Below, one piece after another: positions 56,580-64,000 of a stretch of DNA of 64,000 nt. This DNA comes from Vicinamibacteria bacterium (GTDB lineage Bacteria > Acidobacteriota > Vicinamibacteria > Marinacidobacterales > Marinacidobacteraceae), in contig OY729431.1 of the NCBI GenBank assembly GCA_963422395.1, positions 2,528,001-2,592,000 on the forward strand. Direction: 5' to 3'. The notes under the pieces are model-generated. The model worked only from the letters and a program-made list of their open reading frames with translations, had not been told where the DNA came from and ran no database searches. The first letter of the stretch is position 1. Every line of letters begins with the position of its first letter. Both the position numbers and the translations under genes were made by a program.

Positions 56580-58307
56580 TCAACCCCTCGAGCCCGCCCG
56601 CCGGCGAAGGAGGAAGGGCGGCGTCTCCAGATCTCCCCAGCGGTCATCGCTTTCATCGCCCACACCACCGGCATCGCCGGCGCCCTCGGGGACGATCCCT
56701 GGAAGGAGGCCGCCGGAGGCTCCTCCGGCAGCAACGGCAGCAGGTTCGGCGGCGGCAGCGGGTTCGGCGGCGGTAGCTGAGACCGCAGGCGAAACGCCAG
56801 GAGGAACATCCGGTCCGGATACGGCGGAGGCAGCAGACCGCCCCGCAGCGCCTCGGCTCCGGTCGGACTGCCGGTCGGATCCGACGCTCTCTCCGGCTTC
56901 CTTCCCCCCCGCCGGTCCCGGGAGCCTCGCGCCATTCCCGCCGCCCGGCGAGACCGCCGGGCCCGAGAGGGCGTCGCTCCCCCGCTGGGTATAGGACTGG
57001 AAATCCTGGGGAGTGGCGCCGATCCGGTTCCGCTGCGGGAATCCGGTCGCCACCACGGTGACCTTGATCTCTTCGACCTCGGCGTCTGCGGTGAGTGCCG
57101 GATCGAGCGCGGTGCCGAGCAGGATGTGGTCGCCGGGTTCGATGGCGCCCGATTCCCAGGAGCCGGCAGCGCCGTCTCGGGCCACCGCTTCCCGGACGAC
57201 TTCCGCCGCCCGCTCGACTTCTTTGAGGGTCAGGCCCTCTCCCCCGGAGACATTCACGATGATGCTCGTCGCTCCCTGGATCGAAGTGTCCTCGAGCAGC
57301 GGTGAGGAGATGGCCGCCTTGGTGGCGGTCTCGACGCGGTGCTCGCCGCTCGCGGTCCCGATGCCCATGACGGCATCTCCCTGACCACGCATCGCAGTCC
57401 GCACATCGGCGAAGTCGAGGTTGATTTCCCCCGGCACCTGGATCAGGTCCGAAATCCCCTGCACCGCCTGGCGCACCACATCGTCGGCGTCGCGGAACGC
57501 CGCGCGGATCGGCTTGTCCCCGTACACCTCGACGACCCGGTCGTTCGGGACGCAGATCAGGGTGTCCACGAACTCCCGGAGTTCCCGGATTCCGTCGTCC
57601 GCGATCGCCCGGCGGCGGCGCCCCTCGACCCGCAGCGGCTTGGTGACCACCGCGACGCAGAGCGCTTCGATCTCCCGGGCCACGCAGGCGACCACCGGAG
57701 CGGCGCCGGTGCCGGTGCCCCCGCCCTGGCCGACGGTGAGGAACACCATGTCCGCGCCGACCAGCGCCTCGATGAGCCGGTCCATGTCTTCCTGGGCCGC
57801 GAGCCGGCCCACTTCGGGGTCGCCCCCGCAGCCGAGCCCCGCAGTCCGCTCCCGCCCCAGCTGGATCCTGACCGGCGCCAGCGAGCGGTCGAGCACCTGG
57901 GCGTCGGTGTTCGCGGCGATGAAGTCCACCCCCCGTACGCCCGCCTCGATCATTCGGTTCACGGCGTTGCCGCCCCCGCCGCCGACGCCGATGACCTTGA
58001 TCCTGGCCCGATCCCCCAGGCTCCCACCACTTCCGCTGCGGTCGCCCGCCGGGCTTTCCCGCGGCGGGCTTCGGCGCTCCGCCGAAGCCGTATCGGCCCT
58101 CGGACCGGGTTCCTCGGCAACAGGTTCCTCGGCAGCGGGAGCCGCAGCGGAGGAGGCGGCAGCGATCGGAGGCTCGGGGGGAGCACCCGGAACCCCGACC
58201 GGAGGCTCGGAAGGAGGCGCGGATTCCGCCGCGGCCCGCTCCGGCCCGCTCGGGGAATCGCTCGCCTCGGATTTCGGCTCTTCAGCGAAAAGGATCATGG
58301 GAATCAT
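56580..58307 (-). CDS. ftsZ: Cell division protein FtsZ
   Basis: GVGGGGGNAVNRM, GGGTGTG, NLDFADV, C-terminal DLETPPFLLRR. Confidence 0.98.
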   Translation of the reverse strand: MIPMILFAEEPKSEASDSPSGPERAAAESAPPSEPPVGVPGAPPEPPIAAASSAAAPAAEEPVAEEPGPRADTASAERRSPPRESPAGDRSGSGGSLGDRARIKVIGVGGGGGNAVNRMIEAGVRGVDFIAANTDAQVLDRSLAPVRIQLGRERTAGLGCGGDPEVGRLAAQEDMDRLIEALVGADMVFLTVGQGGGTGTGAAPVVACVAREIEALCVAVVTKPLRVEGRRRRAIADDGIRELREFVDTLICVPNDRVVEVYGDKPIRAAFRDADDVVRQAVQGISDLIQVPGEINLDFADVRTAMRGQGDAVMGIGTASGEHRVETATKAAISSPLLEDTSIQGATSIIVNVSGGEGLTLKEVERAAEVVREAVARDGAAGSWESGAIEPGDHILLGTALDPALTADAEVEEIKVTVVATGFPQRNRIGATPQDFQSYTQRGSDALSGPAVSPGGGNGARLPGPAGGKEAGESVGSDRQSDRSRGAAGRSAASAVSGPDVPPGVSPAVSATAAEPAAAAEPAAVAAGGASGGLLPGIVPEGAGDAGGVGDESDDRWGDLETPPFLLRRRAGSRG

Positions 58308-58344
58308 CTCCTGGAGGATTTTCGGTTCGTTCGGTTCGAGTCGT

Positions 58345-59640
58345 TCATCGGTTTTTTCGGATCCGCTCGCTGACCCGGCGCAGGGAACCGTCGAAAAAGC
58401 TTCGCACCTGGGCGAAGGCCGCCGGCATCGCCAGCCGGCGGGCGGCCGCCTGGCGGCGCACTTTCCAGCCGTAGCGGCAAAGTCCCACGGCGCAGCCGAA
58501 GTGGGGCCGCTGGGCGAGGTCGCGAAGTCCGGTGAGCGAGAGGGCGCCGCGGGTCTCCGTCTCGACGCCGAACACCAACCGGGCCACCTCGCTCAACCCA
58601 TCGAGATTCGCACCCCCGCCGGTGAGCACCAAGCGTCCGGGGAGAGATGTCGAAAGCGCCTTCCGCAGCTGATCGCGGAGCTTCGTGAGATCGCTCTCCG
58701 CCCGTTGCTGGACGATTTCGGCGAGCAGCCGCCGCGGCATCAGCTGGGGCAGGGCTCCGCCCGGCCGCGGCATCTCGAAGTGCGCGTCCTCTCCGACGGA
58801 TTCCACCAGCGCCGCACCGTAGCGCCGCTTCACCTCCTCGGCTGCCGCCTGGGAGGTCCGCAGCCCGAGCGCGATGTCTTTCGTGTAGGCGCGCCCCCCG
58901 CTGGGCATCAGGTCCGAGTGCCAGAGCACTCCTCGCCGGAACACCGCGACATCGGTGATCATGGCGCCGATGTCGAGGAGCACCACCTCCTCCTTCCGCT
59001 CCTCGGGGTCGAGCACTCCGTAGCCGGCGGCCAGCGGCGCGACCACCAGCTGCTCCACCGCGACCCCGGCGTCGTTCACCGCGTGTTCGATGGCGTTCAG
59101 ACTGGACCGGGGACAGCTCACCAGATGGACGAACGACTGGATGTTCGAGCCGGTCCAGCCCGTCGGATCGTCGGTGGGGTCGAGATCGTCCACCCAGAAC
59201 TCCTGGGGCAGGGCGTGCAGCAGCTCGTAGGGCTGCCGGAGCCAAGCGCCCCCGCCCTCACCGGGAATCGCGGCCCGCACCGCCCGCCGCACATCGCGCT
59301 CGCCGATGGTGCGGCCCGGTTCCAAGATGGAGACCGCCCCGGAGGAGTTGATGCTGCGCCGGGCCCGGGTACCCACCGAAACCCAGGCCGATGCGACATC
59401 CGCTCCGGCGCTCTGCTCCGCCTCCTCCACCGCGCGGCGTACCGCCCGCGTGACGGCTTCCCGGCGGACGACTTCGCCGTACTGCACGGCGTTCGCGCTT
59501 TCGGCGTGCCCCACCGCCACCACTTCCATCGGCGCGGCGGCGCCCCCGGCAACGGCATTCTCGGGCGCGCGCGCCAGCACCGCGCGCACCGCGTCGGAAC
59601 CGATGTCTATCCCGCACAGCAGATCGGTCGGCTTGTTCAC
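58345..59640 (-). CDS. ftsA: Cell division protein FtsA
   Basis: GIDIGS, LDIGAMITD, TKDIA, AEEVK, VLTGGGA. Confidence 0.95.
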   Translation of the reverse strand: MNKPTDLLCGIDIGSDAVRAVLARAPENAVAGGAAAPMEVVAVGHAESANAVQYGEVVRREAVTRAVRRAVEEAEQSAGADVASAWVSVGTRARRSINSSGAVSILEPGRTIGERDVRRAVRAAIPGEGGGAWLRQPYELLHALPQEFWVDDLDPTDDPTGWTGSNIQSFVHLVSCPRSSLNAIEHAVNDAGVAVEQLVVAPLAAGYGVLDPEERKEEVVLLDIGAMITDVAVFRRGVLWHSDLMPSGGRAYTKDIALGLRTSQAAAEEVKRRYGAALVESVGEDAHFEMPRPGGALPQLMPRRLLAEIVQQRAESDLTKLRDQLRKALSTSLPGRLVLTGGGANLDGLSEVARLVFGVETETRGALSLTGLRDLAQRPHFGCAVGLCRYGWKVRRQAAARRLAMPAAFAQVRSFFDGSLRRVSERIRKNR

Positions 59641-60650
59641 GAGGTGGTCTCTCCCTGGGAGATCTCCAGACTCGGCGCGAAACCGAGTGGCAGCGCCCGG
59701 GGGAGTGGGGCACGGAGAGGCGGCGAAAGGGGGCGCGGGGCTGGCCGGAGCAGCAGCCGGTCCGGAATGCGGGCGTCGATGCGCTCGGTCCCGGGCCAAC
59801 TCCCCAAGAGGTCGGGCAAGAGCCCGGCGACGAACTCGAACCGTTCGAGGAAATGAGATTCCGTCAGCAGGATCGTGAGTTCGGGAACGCGAAGCACCAC
59901 CCCGACGCGGAGCGGTCCGGCGTCCACCAGCAGCTCCGAGACGAGAGCGTCCAGCTCGGGACGGGTCTGGAGCGCGGCCGCCAGCCGGGCAGCGAGGGCC
60001 GTGCGCCGGGCGAAATCGGGCCCCCCCCGGCCGGCGCCGCGGATCACCGGCAGATCCCGCGCCCCGGCCCAGCGGAAGTCGGCGACCGTCGCCGGGCCGA
60101 GGACGGTACCGTCGCCGGCGAGCGCCTCGGGCGGATCGCCCGACAGCAGCGCGACGGCGCGCTTTTCGCGCACCTCGACCCGAGGAATCGCGAACAGGGC
60201 GCGCTCCACGAATACCGTTTCGGGAATTCCGGTGGCGAGCAAGCGGTGCCGGATCTCCTTCGGGTCGGTCGAGAAGCCCCCGCTGCCCAGGAGAGCTTCC
60301 GCAAGCCCCGCCGCGAGATGTCCCGCCCCCGAAATCAGGACCTCGGGCCGAGCCCTTCCTCCCGCCGCTCCGCGCCCGATCGCGATCCCCAGAACCAGCG
60401 CCAGCGCCAGCGAACCGAGGGTGGCGCTGAACAGCGTCCCGAAGGAAAGCCGCAGCGGGCGCCGCCATCCTTTTCGCGGGATGAGCAGATGGGGAGCGGA
60501 AGCGAAGGGGCGCCAGAGGCCCCATCTTCCGAAGCGGCGGAGTTCTCCGAGCCCGTCGGGCGCGGCGGGCCCCTCGACATCGACCGACCCCGTCCAGAGC
60601 CCGACCCGGGGCCCGACCCGGAGGGAGCGCCGCTCAGGAAACCCGATCAA
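59637..60650 (-). CDS. ftsQ: Divergent FtsQ/DivIB-like protein
   Basis: Between murC and ftsA; one TM segment, VEVREKRAVA, LPVIRG, IDARIPDRLLLRP. Confidence 0.75.
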   Translation of the reverse strand: MIGFPERRSLRVGPRVGLWTGSVDVEGPAAPDGLGELRRFGRWGLWRPFASAPHLLIPRKGWRRPLRLSFGTLFSATLGSLALALVLGIAIGRGAAGGRARPEVLISGAGHLAAGLAEALLGSGGFSTDPKEIRHRLLATGIPETVFVERALFAIPRVEVREKRAVALLSGDPPEALAGDGTVLGPATVADFRWAGARDLPVIRGAGRGGPDFARRTALAARLAAALQTRPELDALVSELLVDAGPLRVGVVLRVPELTILLTESHFLERFEFVAGLLPDLLGSWPGTERIDARIPDRLLLRPAPRPLSPPLRAPLPRALPLGFAPSLEISQGETTS

Positions 60651-62064
60651 GGAGCGCCTCTTCGAGCAGGTCGGGCAGTTCGGTGATCGTTCCGGCACCC
60701 AGCGTGAGGACCACATCTCCGGGCCGCAGCTCGGGGACCAGCCGGGCGGGCACTTCGTCGAGCCGGGAGAAGAAACGGACATCCGGGTGGCCGTGCTGCC
60801 GGATCCCCTCGGCGAGCCGCGCCCCGTCCACTCCGGGGATCGGCGTCTCTCCGGCGGGATGGATTTCGGTGACGACCACCAGGTCCGCAGCACCGAAGGC
60901 GCCGCAGAAATCATCGAAGAGCAAGCGCACCCGGGTGTAGCGATGCGGCTGGAAGACCGCCACCGTACGGCTGCCGAAGGCCGAACGCGCCGCTTCGAGG
61001 GTGGCGGCGATCTCTCTCGGATGGTGCGCGTAATCGTCCACGAAACGCACGCCGGCGGCCGCGCCGCGGCTCTCGAAACGACGTTCGACGCCCGAGAAAG
61101 CCTCGAGCCCCTCCCGGATAGCCAGCGTCCCGAGACCGAACTCCAGGCCGACTGCGGCGGCGGCGAGGCTGTTGAGCACCGCGGTCCGCCCCGGCTGACA
61201 GAGCTGCACCGCGCCCGCCATGCCGCCCCGGATCCGCAGCTGGTAGCGGGAGCCGCTCTCGGAGATCTCGATGTCTCTGGCGGAGACCTCGGCACCGTCT
61301 TCGAGGCCGTAGGTGACGAAGCGGCGCCGCACCCGCGGCAGGAGCGAGCGGATGTTCGGATCGTCGAGGCAGAGCACCGCCGCGCCGTAGAACGGGGTCA
61401 TGTTGATGAAGCGCAGGAAGGACTCCAGCAGGTCGTCCATGCCGTCGTAGGCGTCGAGGTGCTCGCGATCGATACTGGTCACCACCGCCAGCACCGGCAG
61501 CAGGCGCAGGAAGGTGCGGTCCGACTCGTCGGCCTCGGCCACCAGGATCTCCGACTTGCCGAGACGGGCGCCGCCGCCGATGCTGGCGACCCGCCCGCCG
61601 ATCACCACCGTGGGATCGAGTCCAGCGTGGTCGAGCAGCACCGCGGTCATCGAAGTGGCGGTCGTCTTGCCGTGGGACCCGGCGACCGCCACCGCGAACT
61701 TCATCCGCATCAGCTCGGCGAGCATTTCGGCGCGGGGGATGATGGGCAGGCGCCGTCTGCGGGCCGCCTCGACCTCCGGGTTGTCCTGCGGGACCGCCGA
61801 GGAGAGGACCACCACATCGGCGGAATCCACCGGTTCGGGGGAGTGTCCCGCGAAGACGATGGCGCCGAGTTCGGCGAGCCGCTCGGCATTCGGGCCGAAC
61901 TTCAGATCGGAACCGCTCACCCGGTAGCCGAGATTCAGCAGGACTTCGGCGATGCCGCTCATGCCGACGCCGCCGATGCCGACGAAGTGCACCCGGGTAC
62001 GGTTCGAGAAAAGCAGACCGCTTCCGGCCGAGTGCTGCTGTGGGGCCGGATCCTTCCGACTCAT
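60634..62064 (-). CDS. murC: UDP-N-acetylmuramate--L-alanine ligase
   Basis: HFVGIGGVGMSG, GSHGKTT, EADESD, DDYAHHP, FQPHRYTR. Confidence 0.98.
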   Translation of the reverse strand: MSRKDPAPQQHSAGSGLLFSNRTRVHFVGIGGVGMSGIAEVLLNLGYRVSGSDLKFGPNAERLAELGAIVFAGHSPEPVDSADVVVLSSAVPQDNPEVEAARRRRLPIIPRAEMLAELMRMKFAVAVAGSHGKTTATSMTAVLLDHAGLDPTVVIGGRVASIGGGARLGKSEILVAEADESDRTFLRLLPVLAVVTSIDREHLDAYDGMDDLLESFLRFINMTPFYGAAVLCLDDPNIRSLLPRVRRRFVTYGLEDGAEVSARDIEISESGSRYQLRIRGGMAGAVQLCQPGRTAVLNSLAAAAVGLEFGLGTLAIREGLEAFSGVERRFESRGAAAGVRFVDDYAHHPREIAATLEAARSAFGSRTVAVFQPHRYTRVRLLFDDFCGAFGAADLVVVTEIHPAGETPIPGVDGARLAEGIRQHGHPDVRFFSRLDEVPARLVPELRPGDVVLTLGAGTITELPDLLEEALLDRVS

Positions 62065-63143
62065 CGCGCCGGCTCCGCGAGCTTCCCGAGCCGGGCGGCG
62101 AGCCGCTCGGCAGGGCGGCCGTGGGCGAGGCCCTGCGCCGCCCGCGCCATGTGCTCTCGGCGGTGCGGGTTCGCAACCAGTGCTGCGAGCATGGCGGCGA
62201 ACTCTTCGCCAGAGGCACCGTCCTCGACGGTGAGCGCGGCGCCGGCGCCGGCGAAGAGCGCCGCGTTCGTGCGCTGGTGCCCGCCGGCGACCGGTGCCGG
62301 GACCAGGATCGCCGGCCGGCCGGCCGCCGCGATTTCAGCGCAGGTGAGCGCGCCCGCGCGACCCACCACCAGGTCCGCCGCCTCGACCGCTTCCGGCATG
62401 TCGTCGAGATAGGCCGCCACTCGGCCCCGGACGCCGTGCTCCCGGTAGGCGGCGCGCACCGCATCTTCCTCCGCCGGACCGGTCTGGTGGGTGAAGGAGA
62501 GCCCCGGCGCCCGCTCGCGGAGCGCGGGCAGCGCCTCGATCACCATCCGGTTGATCCGGGAGGCGCCCTGACTGCCGCCGGTGATGAGCACCGACATGGA
62601 ACCGTTCACGACTCCGGGAGGAGGCGCCAGCTCGAAGAACCCGGGACGAACCGGGATGCCGGAAACGAAGACTCTGCGGGGAAAACGGCAGCGGGCTGCC
62701 TCCCAGCCCACCGCGACTTCGGTCGCGAGCCGCGCGCTCCAGCGGTTTGCGAACCCCGGCTCGGCGTTCGGCTCGAGGATGAGCGAGGCGATGCCAGAGG
62801 CCCGGGCCGCCAGCACCGCGACCCCGGAAACCGAACCACCGGTTCCGAACACCACCTGCGGCCGGAACTCCCGGAGCAGACGGCGCATCCGGCGGTAGGA
62901 GCGCGCGAGGCGGAACGAGGCCCCGAGGAGAGCTCCGGGGCTCTGGCCGCGGAGCGGCGGCACGGAGAGGAGGTCGAGCGGAAACCGGTGCGCAGCGACG
63001 AGACGCTCGGTGAGGCCGCCCGGCATTCCCACGAAGCGGACCTCCGCCGGACCGAGGGCGGCGAAGGCGCGCGCCACCGAGAGCCCGGGGTAGATATGGC
63101 CGCCGCTTCCGGCGGCGGCGATCAGCAGGCGGCGCGGGGTCAC
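62061..63143 (-). CDS. murG: Undecaprenyldiphospho-muramoylpentapeptide N-acetylglucosaminyltransferase
   Basis: GSGGHIYP, EPNAEPGFAN, GGSQGA, RAGALT, HQRTNA. Confidence 0.97.
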   Translation of the reverse strand: MTPRRLLIAAAGSGGHIYPGLSVARAFAALGPAEVRFVGMPGGLTERLVAAHRFPLDLLSVPPLRGQSPGALLGASFRLARSYRRMRRLLREFRPQVVFGTGGSVSGVAVLAARASGIASLILEPNAEPGFANRWSARLATEVAVGWEAARCRFPRRVFVSGIPVRPGFFELAPPPGVVNGSMSVLITGGSQGASRINRMVIEALPALRERAPGLSFTHQTGPAEEDAVRAAYREHGVRGRVAAYLDDMPEAVEAADLVVGRAGALTCAEIAAAGRPAILVPAPVAGGHQRTNAALFAGAGAALTVEDGASGEEFAAMLAALVANPHRREHMARAAQGLAHGRPAERLAARLGKLAEPAR

Positions 63144-64000
63144 GGCGTCCTCTGGGAGACCGAGAGCAGCAGGCCGGCTGCCAGCAGGGTGGTCAGCAGC
63201 GACGAACCGCCGGCGGATACGAACGGCAGCGGCAGGCCGGCAGTCGGCAAGAGGCCGGTCGCCACGCTGATGTGGAGCAGCGCCGGCGCCGCGACGGTGA
63301 GGGTGGCACCCACCCCGAGGAAGAGCCCGAAACGGTCCGTAGCACGGGACGACACCAGCAGGCCGCGGATGGCGTAGAGGAGGAACACCAGGACGAGCAG
63401 CGCGGCGCCGACGAGGCCGAGTTCCTCGCCGATCACCGAGAACACGAAGTCGGAGTGTGGTTCCGGCAGATACAACAGCTTCTGGCGGCTCGCGGTGAAG
63501 CCCACCCCGCTTACGCCGCCGCTTCCGAGCGCGATGAGCGACTGGCTGAGCTGGAACCCGTCTCCGAGCGGATCGGCGAACGGATCGAGGAAAGTGAGGA
63601 TCCGGGCCACCCGATAGTCCGCGGTGAGGACACCGGCGGCGAACAGGGGAACACCCAGCCCGGCGAGGACGCCGAGGTGGAGCAGGCGGGCTCCGCCGAC
63701 GAAGAGGATCGAGACGGCGAGCAGCACCAGCACGGTGGCGGTGCCGAGGTCGGGCTGGACGAACACCAGCCCCGCGAACAGCGCGGTGACGAAGAGCGGC
63801 GCGCTGAGGCTCCCGAGAGTATCCGGACGCCGCGCTGCGAACAGGTGGGCGAGGATCACCACCAGTCCGAGCCGGGCCGGCTCGGAGGGTTGGAGGGTGA
63901 AACCGAACAGCCGTACCCAGCGATGGGTGTTGTTGATCGGCTCCGCGAGCAGCGCCGCGATCAGCAGCAGGATCGAGGCCCCGAAAACCGCCCAGACGAC
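63140..64000 (-). CDS. ftsW: Peptidoglycan glycosyltransferase FtsW, 5'-partial
   Basis: QPSE, QPDLGT, GFQLSQS, YLPEPHSDF, GEELG, LPFVSAGGSS. Confidence 0.95.
   Translation of the reverse strand, partial: VVWAVFGASILLLIAALLAEPINNTHRWVRLFGFTLQPSEPARLGLVVILAHLFAARRPDTLGSLSAPLFVTALFAGLVFVQPDLGTATVLVLLAVSILFVGGARLLHLGVLAGLGVPLFAAGVLTADYRVARILTFLDPFADPLGDGFQLSQSLIALGSGGVSGVGFTASRQKLLYLPEPHSDFVFSVIGEELGLVGAALLVLVFLLYAIRGLLVSSRATDRFGLFLGVGATLTVAAPALLHISVATGLLPTAGLPLPFVSAGGSSLLTTLLAAGLLLSVSQRTP

Noticed and set aside
59637-62064. murB and ddl absent between murC and ftsQ
   Set aside because: dcw content varies between lineages and these genes may lie elsewhere

Overview
High-GC (about 70%) bacterial chromosome segment. 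Gene content (Oar-type TonB receptor, BNR/VPS10 protein, DUF2911, murC-ftsQ-ftsA-ftsZ order) suggests Acidobacteriota, which is an inference. From left to right: (1) a type I-C CRISPR-Cas locus (partial cas3, hicA remnant, cas5-cas8c[cas11]-cas7-cas4-cas1-cas2, leader, 31-repeat/30-spacer array); (2) cutA, heme oxygenase, VIT1 and secreted hydrolases; (3) an AAA ATPase followed by a decayed HATPase-STAS-PIN cassette; (4) TonB receptor and peptidases; (5) a catabolic cluster (extradiol dioxygenase, ADC-like, glutamine synthetase-like, P450, FAH, PuuD-like); (6) dnaG, then IS481 plus a MITE at a CTAG site, rpoD and tRNA-Ile2; (7) a defence-like island with an Eco57I/type IIG-like methyltransferase frameshifted at a (CT)14 tract, a PLD-SNF2 helicase, twin palindromic operators and a divergent AlbA/wHTH gene; (8) the end of the dcw cluster (pgeF, ftsZ, ftsA, ftsQ, murC, murG, ftsW). 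The most notable signals are the repeated AAC-hairpin-AAAGGA motif in at least 7 of 30 spacers (with several others encoding CxxC), the apparently phase-variable MTase/PLD-helicase system, and a MITE family sitting on TAG stop codons. All calls come from reading the sequence; no database search was run.
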